Shown here one piece after another: positions 10,090 through 20,150 of a DNA stretch of 64,000 bases. Under the pieces are notes generated by a model, which was not told where the DNA came from, did not search any database, and saw only the letters and a list, made by a program, of their open reading frames with translations. A program made the position numbers and the translations under genes. Origin of the DNA: Myxococcota bacterium (GTDB lineage Bacteria > Myxococcota_A > UBA9042 > PHBI01 > JAWLBL01); contig JAWLBL010000002.1 in assembly GCA_041687695.1 (NCBI GenBank), forward strand, positions 70,761 through 134,760, read 5' to 3'. Numbering within the stretch: the first letter of the stretch is position 1; every line of letters begins with the position of its first letter.

Positions 10090-11145
10090 TTGGCCGCCGA
10101 CGACGCACACATCGTCCCACCCGACTATCCGGTTCTGCTCACAGACCTTCGCGAGCGTATCCACGCCGCCCGGATGCGCGCGACGCTCGCGGTCAACGCC
10201 GAGCTGGTTCTCCTCTACTGGGACATCGGCCGGACCATCCTCCATCGGCAGAAGGAGGCAGGATGGGGAGCCAAAGTCGTGGACCGCCTCTCGGTGGACC
10301 TGCGGCTCGCCTTCCCCGACATGAAGGGCCTGTCGCCTCGCAACCTCCTGTACATGCGGCAGTTCGCCGAGGCGTGGCCGGACCGGGAGATCGCGCAACA
10401 GGTCGTTGCGCAAATTCCGTGGGGCCACAACGTCCGCCTGCTCGACAAGCTGAGCGATCCCGACCTCCGGCTCTGGTACGCCCAGAAGGCTCGGCTGCAC
10501 GGCTGGTCGCGCAACGTGCTCGTGATGCAGATCGAGACCGGACTCCACCGGCGGCAGGGCCGGGCCATCACGAACTTCGACGCCACGATGCCCTCCCCGC
10601 AGTCGGACCTCGCCAACAACCTGCTGCGGGACCCCTACCTCTTCGGCTTCCTCGGTCTAGAGGAAGCGGCGCAGGAGCGCGAGATCGAGAAGGCGTTGAT
10701 GCGCCACCTGAGGAACTTCCTGCTGGAGCTCGGCGTCGGGTTCGCCTTCGTCGGCAACCAGTACCGGCTCGAGGTCGGCGGCGACGAGTTCTTCGTCGAC
10801 ATGCTCTTCTACCACCTTCGCCTTCGTTGCTACGTCGTCGTCGAGTTGAAGGCCGTGGCGTTCCGACCCGAGTTCGCCGGCAAGCTCAACTTCTACCTGA
10901 GCGCCATCGACGAGCAGGTCAAGCATCCCAATGACGGCCCATCCATCGGCCTTCTCCTGTGCAAGGAGAAGAACCGGGTCGTCGTCGAGTACGCCCTCCG
11001 GAACACCACCACACCCATCGGGGTCTCGAGCTACCAGCTCACCGAGTCCCTGCCCGAAGACTTCGAGGGGAAGCTGCCCACGGTCCAGGAGCTGGAGGCC
11101 GAGCTCGAGGCCGCCACCGGAGGCGTGCCGGACGAGGCGGGATGA
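10090..11145 (+). CDS. YhcG/DUF1016-family PD-(D/E)XK nuclease domain protein
   Basis: LYWDIG, GWGAKVV, LSPRNLLYMR, DPYLFGFL, FLLELGVGFAFVG, DMLFYH..VVVELK, GKLNFYL motifs. Confidence 0.95.
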   Translation: MAADDAHIVPPDYPVLLTDLRERIHAARMRATLAVNAELVLLYWDIGRTILHRQKEAGWGAKVVDRLSVDLRLAFPDMKGLSPRNLLYMRQFAEAWPDREIAQQVVAQIPWGHNVRLLDKLSDPDLRLWYAQKARLHGWSRNVLVMQIETGLHRRQGRAITNFDATMPSPQSDLANNLLRDPYLFGFLGLEEAAQEREIEKALMRHLRNFLLELGVGFAFVGNQYRLEVGGDEFFVDMLFYHLRLRCYVVVELKAVAFRPEFAGKLNFYLSAIDEQVKHPNDGPSIGLLLCKEKNRVVVEYALRNTTTPIGVSSYQLTESLPEDFEGKLPTVQELEAELEAATGGVPDEAG

Positions 11146-11373
11146 CACGCGGCGGCGGCGCCCTCTCGCCGAAAGCCGTCATCGCGATGCGCCGGGGCCG
11201 CTGTCGCCGGCTCGCCAGTTGCGGAGCCTCGATATCCACAGAGCGCCTACGGCGAGGCGCGCGCGCGGCTCGTCGAGGGGGTGAAGGCCTGCCTTGACGG
11301 CGCGCACGGTGTCCTGGTCCTCGTGGTCGAGGGTGCCGACGAGCTTCTGGCCTGCGCCGACGGTTCGACGGGC

Positions 11374-11452
11374 AGCTGAGGGACGCCGAGCTGAACGACA
11401 TCCGCACCTGGATCGAGGCCGGCGCGGTCGAGGACCAGTAGGGCGGCAGGGT
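11374..11452 (+). repeat. 79-bp direct repeat, right copy (orphan cytochrome 3' end)
   Basis: Encodes DAELNDIRTWIEAGAVEDQ* without the rest of the gene. Confidence 0.95.
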
Positions 11453-13011
11453 TAGTTGGCGGCGGCGGCGTCGGCGCGCTGGTAGACGACGGCGCGCCAG
11501 GCGGGGCCGGCCTCGAAGACCTGCAGCGGGCGGTAGCCGCGCTCGAGGCGCGGGTCCGAGTTCAGGCCCCAGCTGTACTCGAACCAGAGCTGGCCCGGGC
11601 GCTGCGGGTCGGGGACGGCGACCAGGCCGATGGCGGCCGGCTGGGCCTCGAAGACGACGGCGCGGATCCGGGCCGCGGCGTCGGAGACGGCCTGGGCGCG
11701 GGTCTCGCCGGGGCGGGGCAGGGCGCCGGCGGGGCTGACGCCTTCGGCGGCCAGGGCGTGGGCGACGGAGGTGCTGACGCGGCCGGTGAGGTCGAGGAAG
11801 CGCTGGTCGATGGCGACGTAGGGGACCAGGTTGGGGGCGGGGAAGGCGACCAGGGAGCCGGCGGGGGCCTGGGCGAGGAGGGCGCCGACGGCGTCCTGGG
11901 CGTCGAGGCGGGCGGCCTGGGCGGCGAGCAGGGGCGGGGCGACGGCGCGGGTGGTCAGGAAGGCGGCGACGGCGGCGGCGAGGGCGGCGAGGACGGCCAG
12001 GGCGTTGGCGACCGCGCGGAGCCAGCGGGCGGCGTGGTCGAGGGCGAGGGCGAGGCCGGCGCCGGCGAGGCCGGCGAGCAGGGGCCAGGTGGGGGCGGCG
12101 GTGCGGCCGAGGGGGGCCGGGTCGTGGCCGGACCAGAGCAGGACGATGACCGGGACGGCCGCGGCGGCGAGGACGGCGAGGGCGCGGGCGTCGTGGAGGA
12201 GGACGAGGCCGAGGAGGGCGAGGGCGGCCAGGCCCCAGCCGGGGCCGACGGAGAGGGAGGCCGTGAGCGTGGCCGTGGCGTCCCAGGCGAAGGCGCCGGC
12301 GGCGCTGTGGGCGCGGTGGTGGTTGGGGACGAGGGCCTCGTAGTACAGCAGGCGGGCGAAGTGGTAGAGGCTGACTATGACCAGGGGCTCGACCAGGCCG
12401 GCGACGCGCAGGAGGTGGCCGCGGCGGTGGGCGACGGCGGCGGCGGTGGGGACGACGACCAGCCACAAGAGGTGGCCCTCCCAGCGGGTGAGGGTCGCGG
12501 CGGCGAGGCACCAGAAGGCGGCGCGGGGCCAGTCGGCGAGGGCGGCGACCATGGCCCAGGTGGCCAGGGCGGCGAACAGGGGCGTCTCCAGGGCGCTCAT
12601 GGCCTCGAGCCCGAGGGCGGGGTGGACGGCCACGGCGACGCCGGCTGCGTAGGCGGACAGCTCGCGCCAGGGCGGACCGATGGCGCCCAGCTGGCGGGCC
12701 AGGGCGACGGCTCCGACCGCGGTGGCGGCGTGGGCGGCCAGGGCGACGGCGCGCAGGGAGGTCACGGCGTCGAGGCCGAGGGCGTGGGGCAGGGCGGCGA
12801 GCAGGGTCCAGGAGAAGCTGGTGAAGCCTTCGATGCGCTCGCCCTGGTTGAAGACCAGGCCGCGGCCGTTCACCAGGTTCCAGCCGTAGCGGAGCGTCAG
12901 GTACACGTCTTCGGCGACGTAGCCGAAGTAGGGCCACGCGGCGGCGACGGCGAGGGCGGCGACGAGCGCCAGGCCGAGGGCCGTGCGGCGGGCAGGGGTG
13001 AAGGTGGGCAC
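11452..13011 (-). CDS. Polytopic membrane protein, GT-C glycosyltransferase-like
   Basis: EDVYLTLRYGWNLVNGRGLVFNQGERIEGFTS and SALETPLF motifs, many TM segments; GTG start inferred. Confidence 0.75.
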   Translation of the reverse strand: MPTFTPARRTALGLALVAALAVAAAWPYFGYVAEDVYLTLRYGWNLVNGRGLVFNQGERIEGFTSFSWTLLAALPHALGLDAVTSLRAVALAAHAATAVGAVALARQLGAIGPPWRELSAYAAGVAVAVHPALGLEAMSALETPLFAALATWAMVAALADWPRAAFWCLAAATLTRWEGHLLWLVVVPTAAAVAHRRGHLLRVAGLVEPLVIVSLYHFARLLYYEALVPNHHRAHSAAGAFAWDATATLTASLSVGPGWGLAALALLGLVLLHDARALAVLAAAAVPVIVLLWSGHDPAPLGRTAAPTWPLLAGLAGAGLALALDHAARWLRAVANALAVLAALAAAVAAFLTTRAVAPPLLAAQAARLDAQDAVGALLAQAPAGSLVAFPAPNLVPYVAIDQRFLDLTGRVSTSVAHALAAEGVSPAGALPRPGETRAQAVSDAAARIRAVVFEAQPAAIGLVAVPDPQRPGQLWFEYSWGLNSDPRLERGYRPLQVFEAGPAWRAVVYQRADAAAAN

Positions 13012-13156
13012 GCGTGGGGGGCCGGTGTGCAGCGGGGTGGGATGAGGCGAGCGTAGCCGGGCCGGCGGCCGGATCGGAAGGTCGCGGGCGCGCCCGGGGG
13101 CCCGCGCCTCGACGGGCGGGGCGCGGGGGAGTAGGACTGGAGGGGCGGAGGAGGCC

Positions 13157-14293
13157 ATGGGGACGCGGGAGACGGCGACAGAGACGGTCATCGTCGGGGC
13201 GGGGCCGGCGGGGTTGGCCGTGGGGGCGTGCCTGCGGGCGGCGGGGCGGCCGTTCGTGATGGTCGACAAGGCCGAGGCGGTCGGGGCGAGCTGGCGGGGG
13301 CACTACGAGCGGCTGCATCTGCACACGCTCAAGCGCTACTCGGGGCTGCCGATGATGGGGTTCGCGGACGACGTGCCGCCGTATCCGTCGCGGGCGCAGG
13401 TGGTGGCGTATCTCGAGGCGTACGCGCGGCGGTTCGGGCTGGCGCCGCGGCTGGGGGTCGAGGTCGAGGAGGCGCGGCGGCGCGGCGGCGGGTGGGAGGT
13501 GCGCGGGGGCGGGGAGGTGCTGCGGGCGCGGCAGCTGGTGGTGGCGACCGGGTACAACGCGGTGCCGAACGAGCCGGAGTGGCCGGGGCGGGGGGAGTAC
13601 CGCGGGACGCTGATGCACAGCCGGGCGTATCGCAACGGGCGGGCGTTCGCGGGGCGGCGGGTGCTGGTGGTGGGGATCGGCAACTCGGGGGCCGAGATCG
13701 CGATGGACCTGTGGGAGCACGGGGCGCGGACGGCCATCGCAGTGCGCAGCCCGGTGCACGTCATCCCGCGGGAGCTGTGGGGGGTGCCGTCGCAGCGGAC
13801 GGGGCTGCTGATGGGGCGGCTGCCGCCGAGCTGGGGGGACCGGATCTCGGGGACGCTGCTGAAGGTGGCGCTGGGGGATCTGGGGCGCTACGGGCTGCGG
13901 CGGCCCGAGGTGGGGCCGGTGACGCAGGTCGTGCGCGACGGGCGCGTGCCGCTGGTCGACGTCGGGACGCTGGACCTCATCCGGCAGGGCGCGATCGAGG
14001 TGCTGCCGGACGTGGCGGGCCTGACCGAGGGGGGCGCGCGCTTCGTGGACGGGCGCGAGGAGCCCTTCGACGCCATCGTCACGGCGACCGGGTATCGGCC
14101 GGGGTTCGCGCGGTTTCTGCACGGGGCGGAGTTGGTCGCGGACGCGCGTGGGTACCCGCGGGCGCACGGGCGTGAGAGCGCGCTGCCGGGGCTGTACTTC
14201 CTGGGGTTTCGTAACCCGATCATCGGACAGCTCAACGACATCGGGCGCGAGGCGCGGCGGGTCGCGCGCGACATCGCGGCGCGCGCAGCGTAG
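13157..14293 (+). CDS. Flavin-containing monooxygenase (FMO/YUCCA-like)
   Basis: GAGPAG FAD motif, LHLH, ATGY, MHSRAY, GIGNSG NADPH motif; GGAGG RBS. Confidence 0.9.
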   Translation: MGTRETATETVIVGAGPAGLAVGACLRAAGRPFVMVDKAEAVGASWRGHYERLHLHTLKRYSGLPMMGFADDVPPYPSRAQVVAYLEAYARRFGLAPRLGVEVEEARRRGGGWEVRGGGEVLRARQLVVATGYNAVPNEPEWPGRGEYRGTLMHSRAYRNGRAFAGRRVLVVGIGNSGAEIAMDLWEHGARTAIAVRSPVHVIPRELWGVPSQRTGLLMGRLPPSWGDRISGTLLKVALGDLGRYGLRRPEVGPVTQVVRDGRVPLVDVGTLDLIRQGAIEVLPDVAGLTEGGARFVDGREEPFDAIVTATGYRPGFARFLHGAELVADARGYPRAHGRESALPGLYFLGFRNPIIGQLNDIGREARRVARDIAARAA

Positions 14294-14303
14294 GGAGACG
14301 GCC

Positions 14304-15308
14304 ATGGGGATCGGCGACCATTGGCATCCGGTGCTGCGCTCGAGCGAGCTGGGTGATCGGCCCGCGCTCGTCACGATCGGCGGCGAGGATCTGGCCGTGT
14401 TCCGCACGCCCGAGGGCCTCGGCGCGCTGCGCGACGCCTGCCCGCACCGCGGCATGAGCCTGAGCCGCGGCCGGGTCGAGGGCGGGCGCCTCGTGTGCCC
14501 CTATCACGGGTGGAGCTACGACCGCGCGGGCGTGGGGCGCGTGCCGGCGCAGCCCAAGGCGAGCCCGTGCGCGACGCGCTGGGACGCGGTCGAGCGGTAC
14601 GGCGCCGTCTGGGTCAAGGCGCACGGGGCCGTCGCGCGCTTCCCCAGCTTCAACTTCACCTCGCACTACGCCGTGCGGACCTTCCGCCATCGCGTGCGCG
14701 CGCCGCTCGAGGTGGTCCTCGACAACTTCTGCGAGGTCGAGCACACGCCGACCACCCACGCGCTGCTGGGCTACGCGCTGGACCGCATGCACGAGGTCGT
14801 CACGCGGCTCGAGCTGACCGACGAGACGGTGCGCGTCGTCAACACCGGGCCGCAAAAGCCCCTGCCGCGCGTCGTCGAGGCCCTGTTCGGGATGCGGCGC
14901 GGCGATCTGTTCACCGACGACTGGACCACCTGGTTCTCGCCGGTGCACGCCGTCTACGACCAGTTCTGGAGCGATCCGAAGACGGGCGTGCCGCGCGGCG
15001 ACCGGGTGCGCGTGGCGGTCTTCTTCACGCCGGTCGAGCGCGACGAGACCGACGTCTTCTCGTTCGTCTACGGGGCCGGGCCGCGCTTCGAGCGCCCGCT
15101 GGTCCGCGCGGTGCTCGCGCCCATCCTGGCGCGGCTGGTCGATCTCGAGGTGCGCCTGGACCGCCGCATGGTAGAGCGCATGGCCGACGGGGCGACCGCG
15201 CTGACCGGCCGGCGCCTCGGCCGCTTCGACAAGGCGCTCGCCGAGAACCGGCGCCGCCTGGCCCGCATCTACTACGGGGTCCCCCCCGAGCAGGAGAAGA
15301 GCGCTTGA
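14304..15308 (+). CDS. Rieske [2Fe-2S] non-haem iron oxygenase alpha subunit (VanA-like)
   Basis: CPHRG...CPYHGW Rieske ligands; DNFCEVEHTPTTH iron site. Confidence 0.9.
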   Translation: MGIGDHWHPVLRSSELGDRPALVTIGGEDLAVFRTPEGLGALRDACPHRGMSLSRGRVEGGRLVCPYHGWSYDRAGVGRVPAQPKASPCATRWDAVERYGAVWVKAHGAVARFPSFNFTSHYAVRTFRHRVRAPLEVVLDNFCEVEHTPTTHALLGYALDRMHEVVTRLELTDETVRVVNTGPQKPLPRVVEALFGMRRGDLFTDDWTTWFSPVHAVYDQFWSDPKTGVPRGDRVRVAVFFTPVERDETDVFSFVYGAGPRFERPLVRAVLAPILARLVDLEVRLDRRMVERMADGATALTGRRLGRFDKALAENRRRLARIYYGVPPEQEKSA

Positions 15309-15820
15309 GCCTGGAGAGCTACCTGGGGCGCGCCCCCGTCGTGCATCCCGACGCCTGGGTGCACCCCAGCGCGGTCCTCATCGGCGACGTCACGGTGGGC
15401 GCCGAGTCCACCGTGTGGCCCCACACGACCCTGCGCGGCGACGACGGGCGCATCGTCATCGGCGCGCGCACCAGCGTGCAGGACGGCGCCGTCGTCCACA
15501 CGACCGAGGACCTGTCCGAGACCGTCGTCGGCGACTGCGTGACCATCGGCCACCGCGTCGTCCTGCACGGCGCGCGGGTCGGCGACCACTGTATCGTCGG
15601 CATGGGCTCCATCCTGCTGGACAACGCGCGGGTCGGCGACCACTGCCTCGTCGGTGCCGGGACGCTGCTGACCCAGAACGTCGAGATCCCGCCCTACTCG
15701 CTGGTCCTGGGCAGCCCCGGCCGGGTCGTGCGCCGGCTGAACGACAAGGAGCTGGCCTGGATCGAGTACAGCTGGAAGCGCTACGTCCAGCAGAACCACA
15801 TCTACCGAGGGCAGGGGTAG
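15305..15820 (+). CDS. Gamma-class carbonic anhydrase / hexapeptide-repeat protein (YrdA/PaaY-like)
   Basis: IGDV..LRGD..SVQDG..VH..TIGH..LHG; TTG start overlaps the Rieske stop. Confidence 0.9.
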   Translation: MSLESYLGRAPVVHPDAWVHPSAVLIGDVTVGAESTVWPHTTLRGDDGRIVIGARTSVQDGAVVHTTEDLSETVVGDCVTIGHRVVLHGARVGDHCIVGMGSILLDNARVGDHCLVGAGTLLTQNVEIPPYSLVLGSPGRVVRRLNDKELAWIEYSWKRYVQQNHIYRGQG

Positions 15821-15854
15821 CCTCGGTCGAGGCGCGTCACTATGCTCCGTCGTC

Positions 15855-16514
15855 ATGACGCACTGCGCCAGCGAACGTGAGACCGGGCTCGGCCTGGGCT
15901 GGGCCGCCTCGGACCCCTTCACCGTCCGCTTCGAGACCCCGCGCCTGCTCATCCGGGCCTGGGAGGCGGCGGACGCGCCGGCTCTTTTCGACGCGGTGCG
16001 ACAGAGCCGCGAGCGGCTGCTGCCGTGGGTGGACTGGGCGCGCGACGGGCACCGGACGGCCGGAGAGTCGCTGGCCTACATCACCGGGCAGGCGGCCGCG
16101 CTCCGCGACCCGGCCACCTTCCTGGGCGTGGGCGTCGGGATCTTCGACCGCGAGACCGACCGCGTCCTGGGCGGGACGGGCATCCATGACGTGCGGCGCG
16201 ATACGGCGTCGGCCGAGACCGGCTACTGGGTGCGCGCCGACGCCTGGGGCCGGGGCATCGCCACCGAGGCGACGCGGCACGTCCTGTCGTGGTGCTTCCG
16301 ACCGCAGGCGGACGGCGGCCTCGGGCTGCGGCGCGTCCGCATCTACTGCTCGTCGGCCAACGCGGCCTCGCGGCGGGTCATCGAGAAGCTGGGCATCCGG
16401 CACGAGGTGCACCAGCGCGCCGACTACTTCGTGCGCGACGTCGGCGTGACCGATCGCCTGGGGTGGGGCGTGCTGGACGACGAGTGGGACACGGCGGGCC
16501 ATCGGCCCCGCTGA
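15855..16514 (+). CDS. GNAT acetyltransferase, RimJ/RimL family
   Basis: ETPRLLIR, AETGYWV..WGRGIATEA, NAASRRVIEKLG. Confidence 0.9.
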   Translation: MTHCASERETGLGLGWAASDPFTVRFETPRLLIRAWEAADAPALFDAVRQSRERLLPWVDWARDGHRTAGESLAYITGQAAALRDPATFLGVGVGIFDRETDRVLGGTGIHDVRRDTASAETGYWVRADAWGRGIATEATRHVLSWCFRPQADGGLGLRRVRIYCSSANAASRRVIEKLGIRHEVHQRADYFVRDVGVTDRLGWGVLDDEWDTAGHRPR

Positions 16515-16520
16515 CGTCGG

Positions 16521-17726
16521 TCACGGCGTCTGGGCGGCCGGCGCCTCGGGGGCCCGCGCGGCGTCCAGGCGCAGCACGCGCTGGGCGTTCTTGAAGTACA
16601 GGTGGTCCAGCACGTCGTCGGGCAGGTCGATGGCGTCGATGGTCCAGCGCCCCTGCACGGGCGTCGGGTGCGCGATGCCGCGCTCCTTGCCCTCGAAGAA
16701 GCGCCAGTGGGCGTCGAAGAAGGGCTTGATGTCCTCCAGCGTCGGCTCCTCGGCGCCGGTCGAGCCCAGCATGATGCTCTGATGGCTCAGGCCGAGGTCG
16801 GTCCCGAACAGGATGCGGGTCTTGTGTTTGACGAAGAAGGCGCGGACCTTCTCGGGCGGGTGGCGGCCGAACTCGGGCACGCGCGCGGCGGTGTCGATGA
16901 GGTAGTTCGGGTAGGTGTCGAGCATCCGGTCGACGTGGGCCAGGTCCTCGGCGTTGTTGCCGAAGTGGACGCCGATGAACGTCGTCTTCGGGTGCTTGGC
17001 GACCACGCGCTCGAGCTCGTCGAGCAGCGCCATGCGCGGCGGGTAGCGCGGGTCGGCGAACGACCAGCTGGGGTGCAGGCTCAGCTCCTCGTAGCGCTCG
17101 TTGTCGGGGGTCGGCGGGTCCCAGAACGCCTTGGGATCGGCCGTGTGGATGGCCACCGGCACGCCAAGCTCGCCGGCCTTGGCCCACAGCGGATCCAGCT
17201 CGGGCCAGTCGACCGGGATGCGCGCGCCGTCGGGCGAGGTCAGGTACAGGCCCAGCGCCTTCGAGATCTTCAGCCCGCGGAACCCCGCCTCCTTCACCGC
17301 CGCCTCGAGGCGCGCCGCCTCCTGGGCCCCGAAGCCCGGCTGCGCCCGCCCGCGCCAGTCGGGGTTGTAGAAGTGCACCATGCGCGGGAACGCCCGCTGC
17401 ATCGCCACGCTGACCTCGAGGCCGCGCCCCGGCGAGCCGCCCGACAGGTTCACCATGCGCGACAGGCCGTTGTCGTCCATCACCCGCGCGAGGCGCTCGA
17501 GCCCGGTGGGGCCGATGTGCCCGTGAACGTCGATGACCGGCGGCCGCACGTACCCGGGGCGCCACGGCGGACCGGTCGGCTCGGCCGCGGCCCCTCGAGC
17601 GCTCGCGCCCGGCGCGACCTCCTCGTCCGCCGCGACCGGCGCCGGCGCCCGCGAACACGCCCCCAGCGCGGCCGCGAACGCCGTGAACACCAGCAACCTC
17701 TTGAAACCATGGGTACTCTTGCGCAT
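16521..17726 (-). CDS. Amidohydrolase-superfamily lipoprotein
   Basis: ALGAC lipobox, IDVHGH, GLKISK, IHTADP, GVHFG, LFGTD. Confidence 0.85.
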   Translation of the reverse strand: MRKSTHGFKRLLVFTAFAAALGACSRAPAPVAADEEVAPGASARGAAAEPTGPPWRPGYVRPPVIDVHGHIGPTGLERLARVMDDNGLSRMVNLSGGSPGRGLEVSVAMQRAFPRMVHFYNPDWRGRAQPGFGAQEAARLEAAVKEAGFRGLKISKALGLYLTSPDGARIPVDWPELDPLWAKAGELGVPVAIHTADPKAFWDPPTPDNERYEELSLHPSWSFADPRYPPRMALLDELERVVAKHPKTTFIGVHFGNNAEDLAHVDRMLDTYPNYLIDTAARVPEFGRHPPEKVRAFFVKHKTRILFGTDLGLSHQSIMLGSTGAEEPTLEDIKPFFDAHWRFFEGKERGIAHPTPVQGRWTIDAIDLPDDVLDHLYFKNAQRVLRLDAARAPEAPAAQTP

Positions 17727-17822
17727 CCTCGCCCCTGCCCACCGCCGCACGCGGTGCCCTTTCATTCTAGGCGGGGCAGGCTATACTGCCAATCCGACCG
17801 GGGACGGCGTGGGCAGGGGCCG

Positions 17823-18725
17823 ATGACCAGAGCAGGTGAGCGCTTCGAGGTCCGCTACTGGGGCGTGCGCGGGAGCATCCCGACGCCAGGCCCCGAGACG
17901 GTCCGTTATGGCGGCAACACGACCTGCCTGGAAGTGCGCTGCGACGACGAGATCATCCTCATCGACACGGGCACCGGGGCGCGAGCGCTGGGCAAGGCGC
18001 TGGTGGCCGAGGCCGGCGACGCGGGCGTGCGCGTGTCCGTCATCTTCAGCCACCTGCACTTCGACCACGTCCAGGGGCTGCCGTTCTTCGACCCGCTCTA
18101 CCTGGCCAGCAGCGATCTGGCCTTCTACACGCCCCAGTTCGGCCCCGGCCCCGCCAGCCGCGTGCTGGACTTCATGCTGACCCACCCCTGGTTCCCCGTC
18201 GACGCCAGCCGCGTCCCGGCGACCGTGACCTTCCACGCCGTCGAGCCCGGCGCCACCTTCCACGTGGGCCCCGTGCGCGTCCGCACCTGCCAGCTCAACC
18301 ACCCCGGCGGCGCCATCGCCTATCGCTTCGAGCACGCCGGCGGCGCCTTCGTCCACGCCTCCGACATCGAGCACGCCGGCACCGAGCCCGACCCGCGCCT
18401 GGTCGCCCTCGCCACCGGCGCCGACTTCCTCAGCTACGACTCGATGTACGTCGAGGGCCCCGAGTACGAACGCCACCGCGGCTACGGTCACAGCACCTGG
18501 CAGGCCGGCGTCCGCCTGGCCGCCGCCGCCGAGGTCGGCACCTTCGTCGCCTTCCACCACGACCCCGCCCACGACGACGCCTTCATGGACGAGCTCGGCC
18601 GCGCCCTGGCCCTCGCCCGCCCCGGCTCGCTGGTCGCGCAGGAGGGCATGACCCTCGACGTCCTGGCCGCCGCCCGCCGCCGCCTGGGCGAGGCCGGCAG
18701 CGTCCCGCGCGAGGCCGCCCAGTGA
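17823..18725 (+). CDS. MBL-fold metallo-hydrolase
   Basis: WGVRGSIPTPG..YGGNT, SHLHFDHVQG, HPGG, GHS, FHHDP. Confidence 0.9.
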   Translation: MTRAGERFEVRYWGVRGSIPTPGPETVRYGGNTTCLEVRCDDEIILIDTGTGARALGKALVAEAGDAGVRVSVIFSHLHFDHVQGLPFFDPLYLASSDLAFYTPQFGPGPASRVLDFMLTHPWFPVDASRVPATVTFHAVEPGATFHVGPVRVRTCQLNHPGGAIAYRFEHAGGAFVHASDIEHAGTEPDPRLVALATGADFLSYDSMYVEGPEYERHRGYGHSTWQAGVRLAAAAEVGTFVAFHHDPAHDDAFMDELGRALALARPGSLVAQEGMTLDVLAAARRRLGEAGSVPREAAQ

Positions 18726-18753
18726 CCGCCGGCCAGGCCCCGGGGCCCAACCG

Positions 18754-19308
18754 ATGATGATCGACATCGCCGTCGCCGTCGTCGTGCTCGTCCTGGGCCT
18801 CATCGGGTGGGGCACCGGCGCGACCCTGCAGCTGTGGCGCCTGTTCGCCCTGCTGGTCGCCGCCGGCCTGGCCCGCGCCGTCGGCCCCGAGGTCGCCTTG
18901 TTCTACCTGGGCAAGACCGACAGCACGCCGCTGGGCGCCACGACCGTCGGCTTCTTCATCGCCCTCGGCGCCTTCTGGGCCGTGACCTCGCTCATCGTGC
19001 GCCGCCTGTCGGGCGACATGCGCGACCTCGACCACGACCGCTCGGCGCTGGACCGCCTGGGCGGCGTCGCGCTGGGCGCCGCCCGCGGCGCGCTGCTCGT
19101 CTACCTGCTGCTCATCGGCCTGTCCTCGGTGCACCAGGACACCGGCCGCGTCGCGCTGCCCTACCAGCAGAGCCGCGCGGCCCACGCCAGCAAGCAGTAC
19201 GACTTCCTGCCCGGCCTGGCCATCGACCTCGAGCTGCGCTACCTGGCCCGGCTCGAGGCCACGCCGCCGCCCCGCGACTACCCGAGCGCCACGGGGCTGC
19301 CGCGCTGA
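18754..19308 (+). CDS. CvpA-family membrane protein
   Basis: Four TM segments with LDRLGGVALGAARG. Confidence 0.75.
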   Translation: MMIDIAVAVVVLVLGLIGWGTGATLQLWRLFALLVAAGLARAVGPEVALFYLGKTDSTPLGATTVGFFIALGAFWAVTSLIVRRLSGDMRDLDHDRSALDRLGGVALGAARGALLVYLLLIGLSSVHQDTGRVALPYQQSRAAHASKQYDFLPGLAIDLELRYLARLEATPPPRDYPSATGLPR

Positions 19309-19395
19309 CGCGCTTTTTTCGGCCGCGGCGTGAATAGCAAGCCTCCGGCCTCGTCGGACGGCTCGTTCACTCCCACGTGCCCTCCAGGGTGTGCC

Positions 19396-20112
19396 ATGTC
19401 GCTCAAGTCCTCCAAAGCCCTCACCGCCCTCGCGATGGCCCTGTCCGGCGCGGTCGTCCTGGCCGACGCGCCCGCGGCCTCGGCCCACCCCGCCCCCTAC
19501 CCGCACCGGCACTACTACCGCCGCGCCCCGCCGCCGCAGCCGGTCTACCGCGCCCGCCGCCCCCGCCGCCCGGTCGAGCCGCCGCCCATGCACGAGCGGT
19601 TCATGTACCTGGGCCTCGGCCTGCACGGCACGACGGTCAGCGGCGCCGACGACGGCCTCGGCAACAGCGTCCTGGGCAACGGCGCCGGGTTCGATCTGAC
19701 CCTGGGCTTCCGCGTCAGCCGCCACGCCGCCCTCGACCTCGGCTGGATGATCTCCTCGCACGACGCCAGCCCGTCGAGCGGCTTCGAGCACGGCTGGCTC
19801 AACGCCTTCACCTTCGATCTCAAGCTCTTCCTCCTGCCCCAGTCGCAGCGGCTCGAGCCCTACGTGCAGCTCGGCTTCGGCGGCTACGGCGTCACCGGCG
19901 GCAACACCTTCACGGGCGCGCTCGGCGGCGTGGGCGTGCAGGCCGGCGGCGGCCTCGACGTCCGGCTGACCGACGCGGTGTCCATCGGCGGCAAGGCCCT
20001 GTTCCGCGGCGCCTACCTCGACGACAGCGATCCGGATTTTGGCTTCGGACCCACGGAGCAAGCATCCTTGGGCATGTTCACCCTCGGGGCGGACTTGAAG
20101 CTGCACTTCTAG
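19396..20112 (+). CDS. Outer-membrane beta-barrel protein (OmpA-like transmembrane domain)
   Basis: Signal peptide, Pro/Arg linker, EPYVQLGFG, GGGLDVRL, terminal LKLHF. Confidence 0.8.
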   Translation: MSLKSSKALTALAMALSGAVVLADAPAASAHPAPYPHRHYYRRAPPPQPVYRARRPRRPVEPPPMHERFMYLGLGLHGTTVSGADDGLGNSVLGNGAGFDLTLGFRVSRHAALDLGWMISSHDASPSSGFEHGWLNAFTFDLKLFLLPQSQRLEPYVQLGFGGYGVTGGNTFTGALGGVGVQAGGGLDVRLTDAVSIGGKALFRGAYLDDSDPDFGFGPTEQASLGMFTLGADLKLHF

Positions 20113-20150
20113 GCGGCTCCGGCCGCCCCGACCCGTCACCAGGCAGGCGC

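Noticed and set aside
11146..11373. Possible integrase or other gene remnant inside the nuclease islet (minus-strand QKLVGTLDHEDQDTVRAVK)
   Set aside because: Too short to assign; no recombinase motif.
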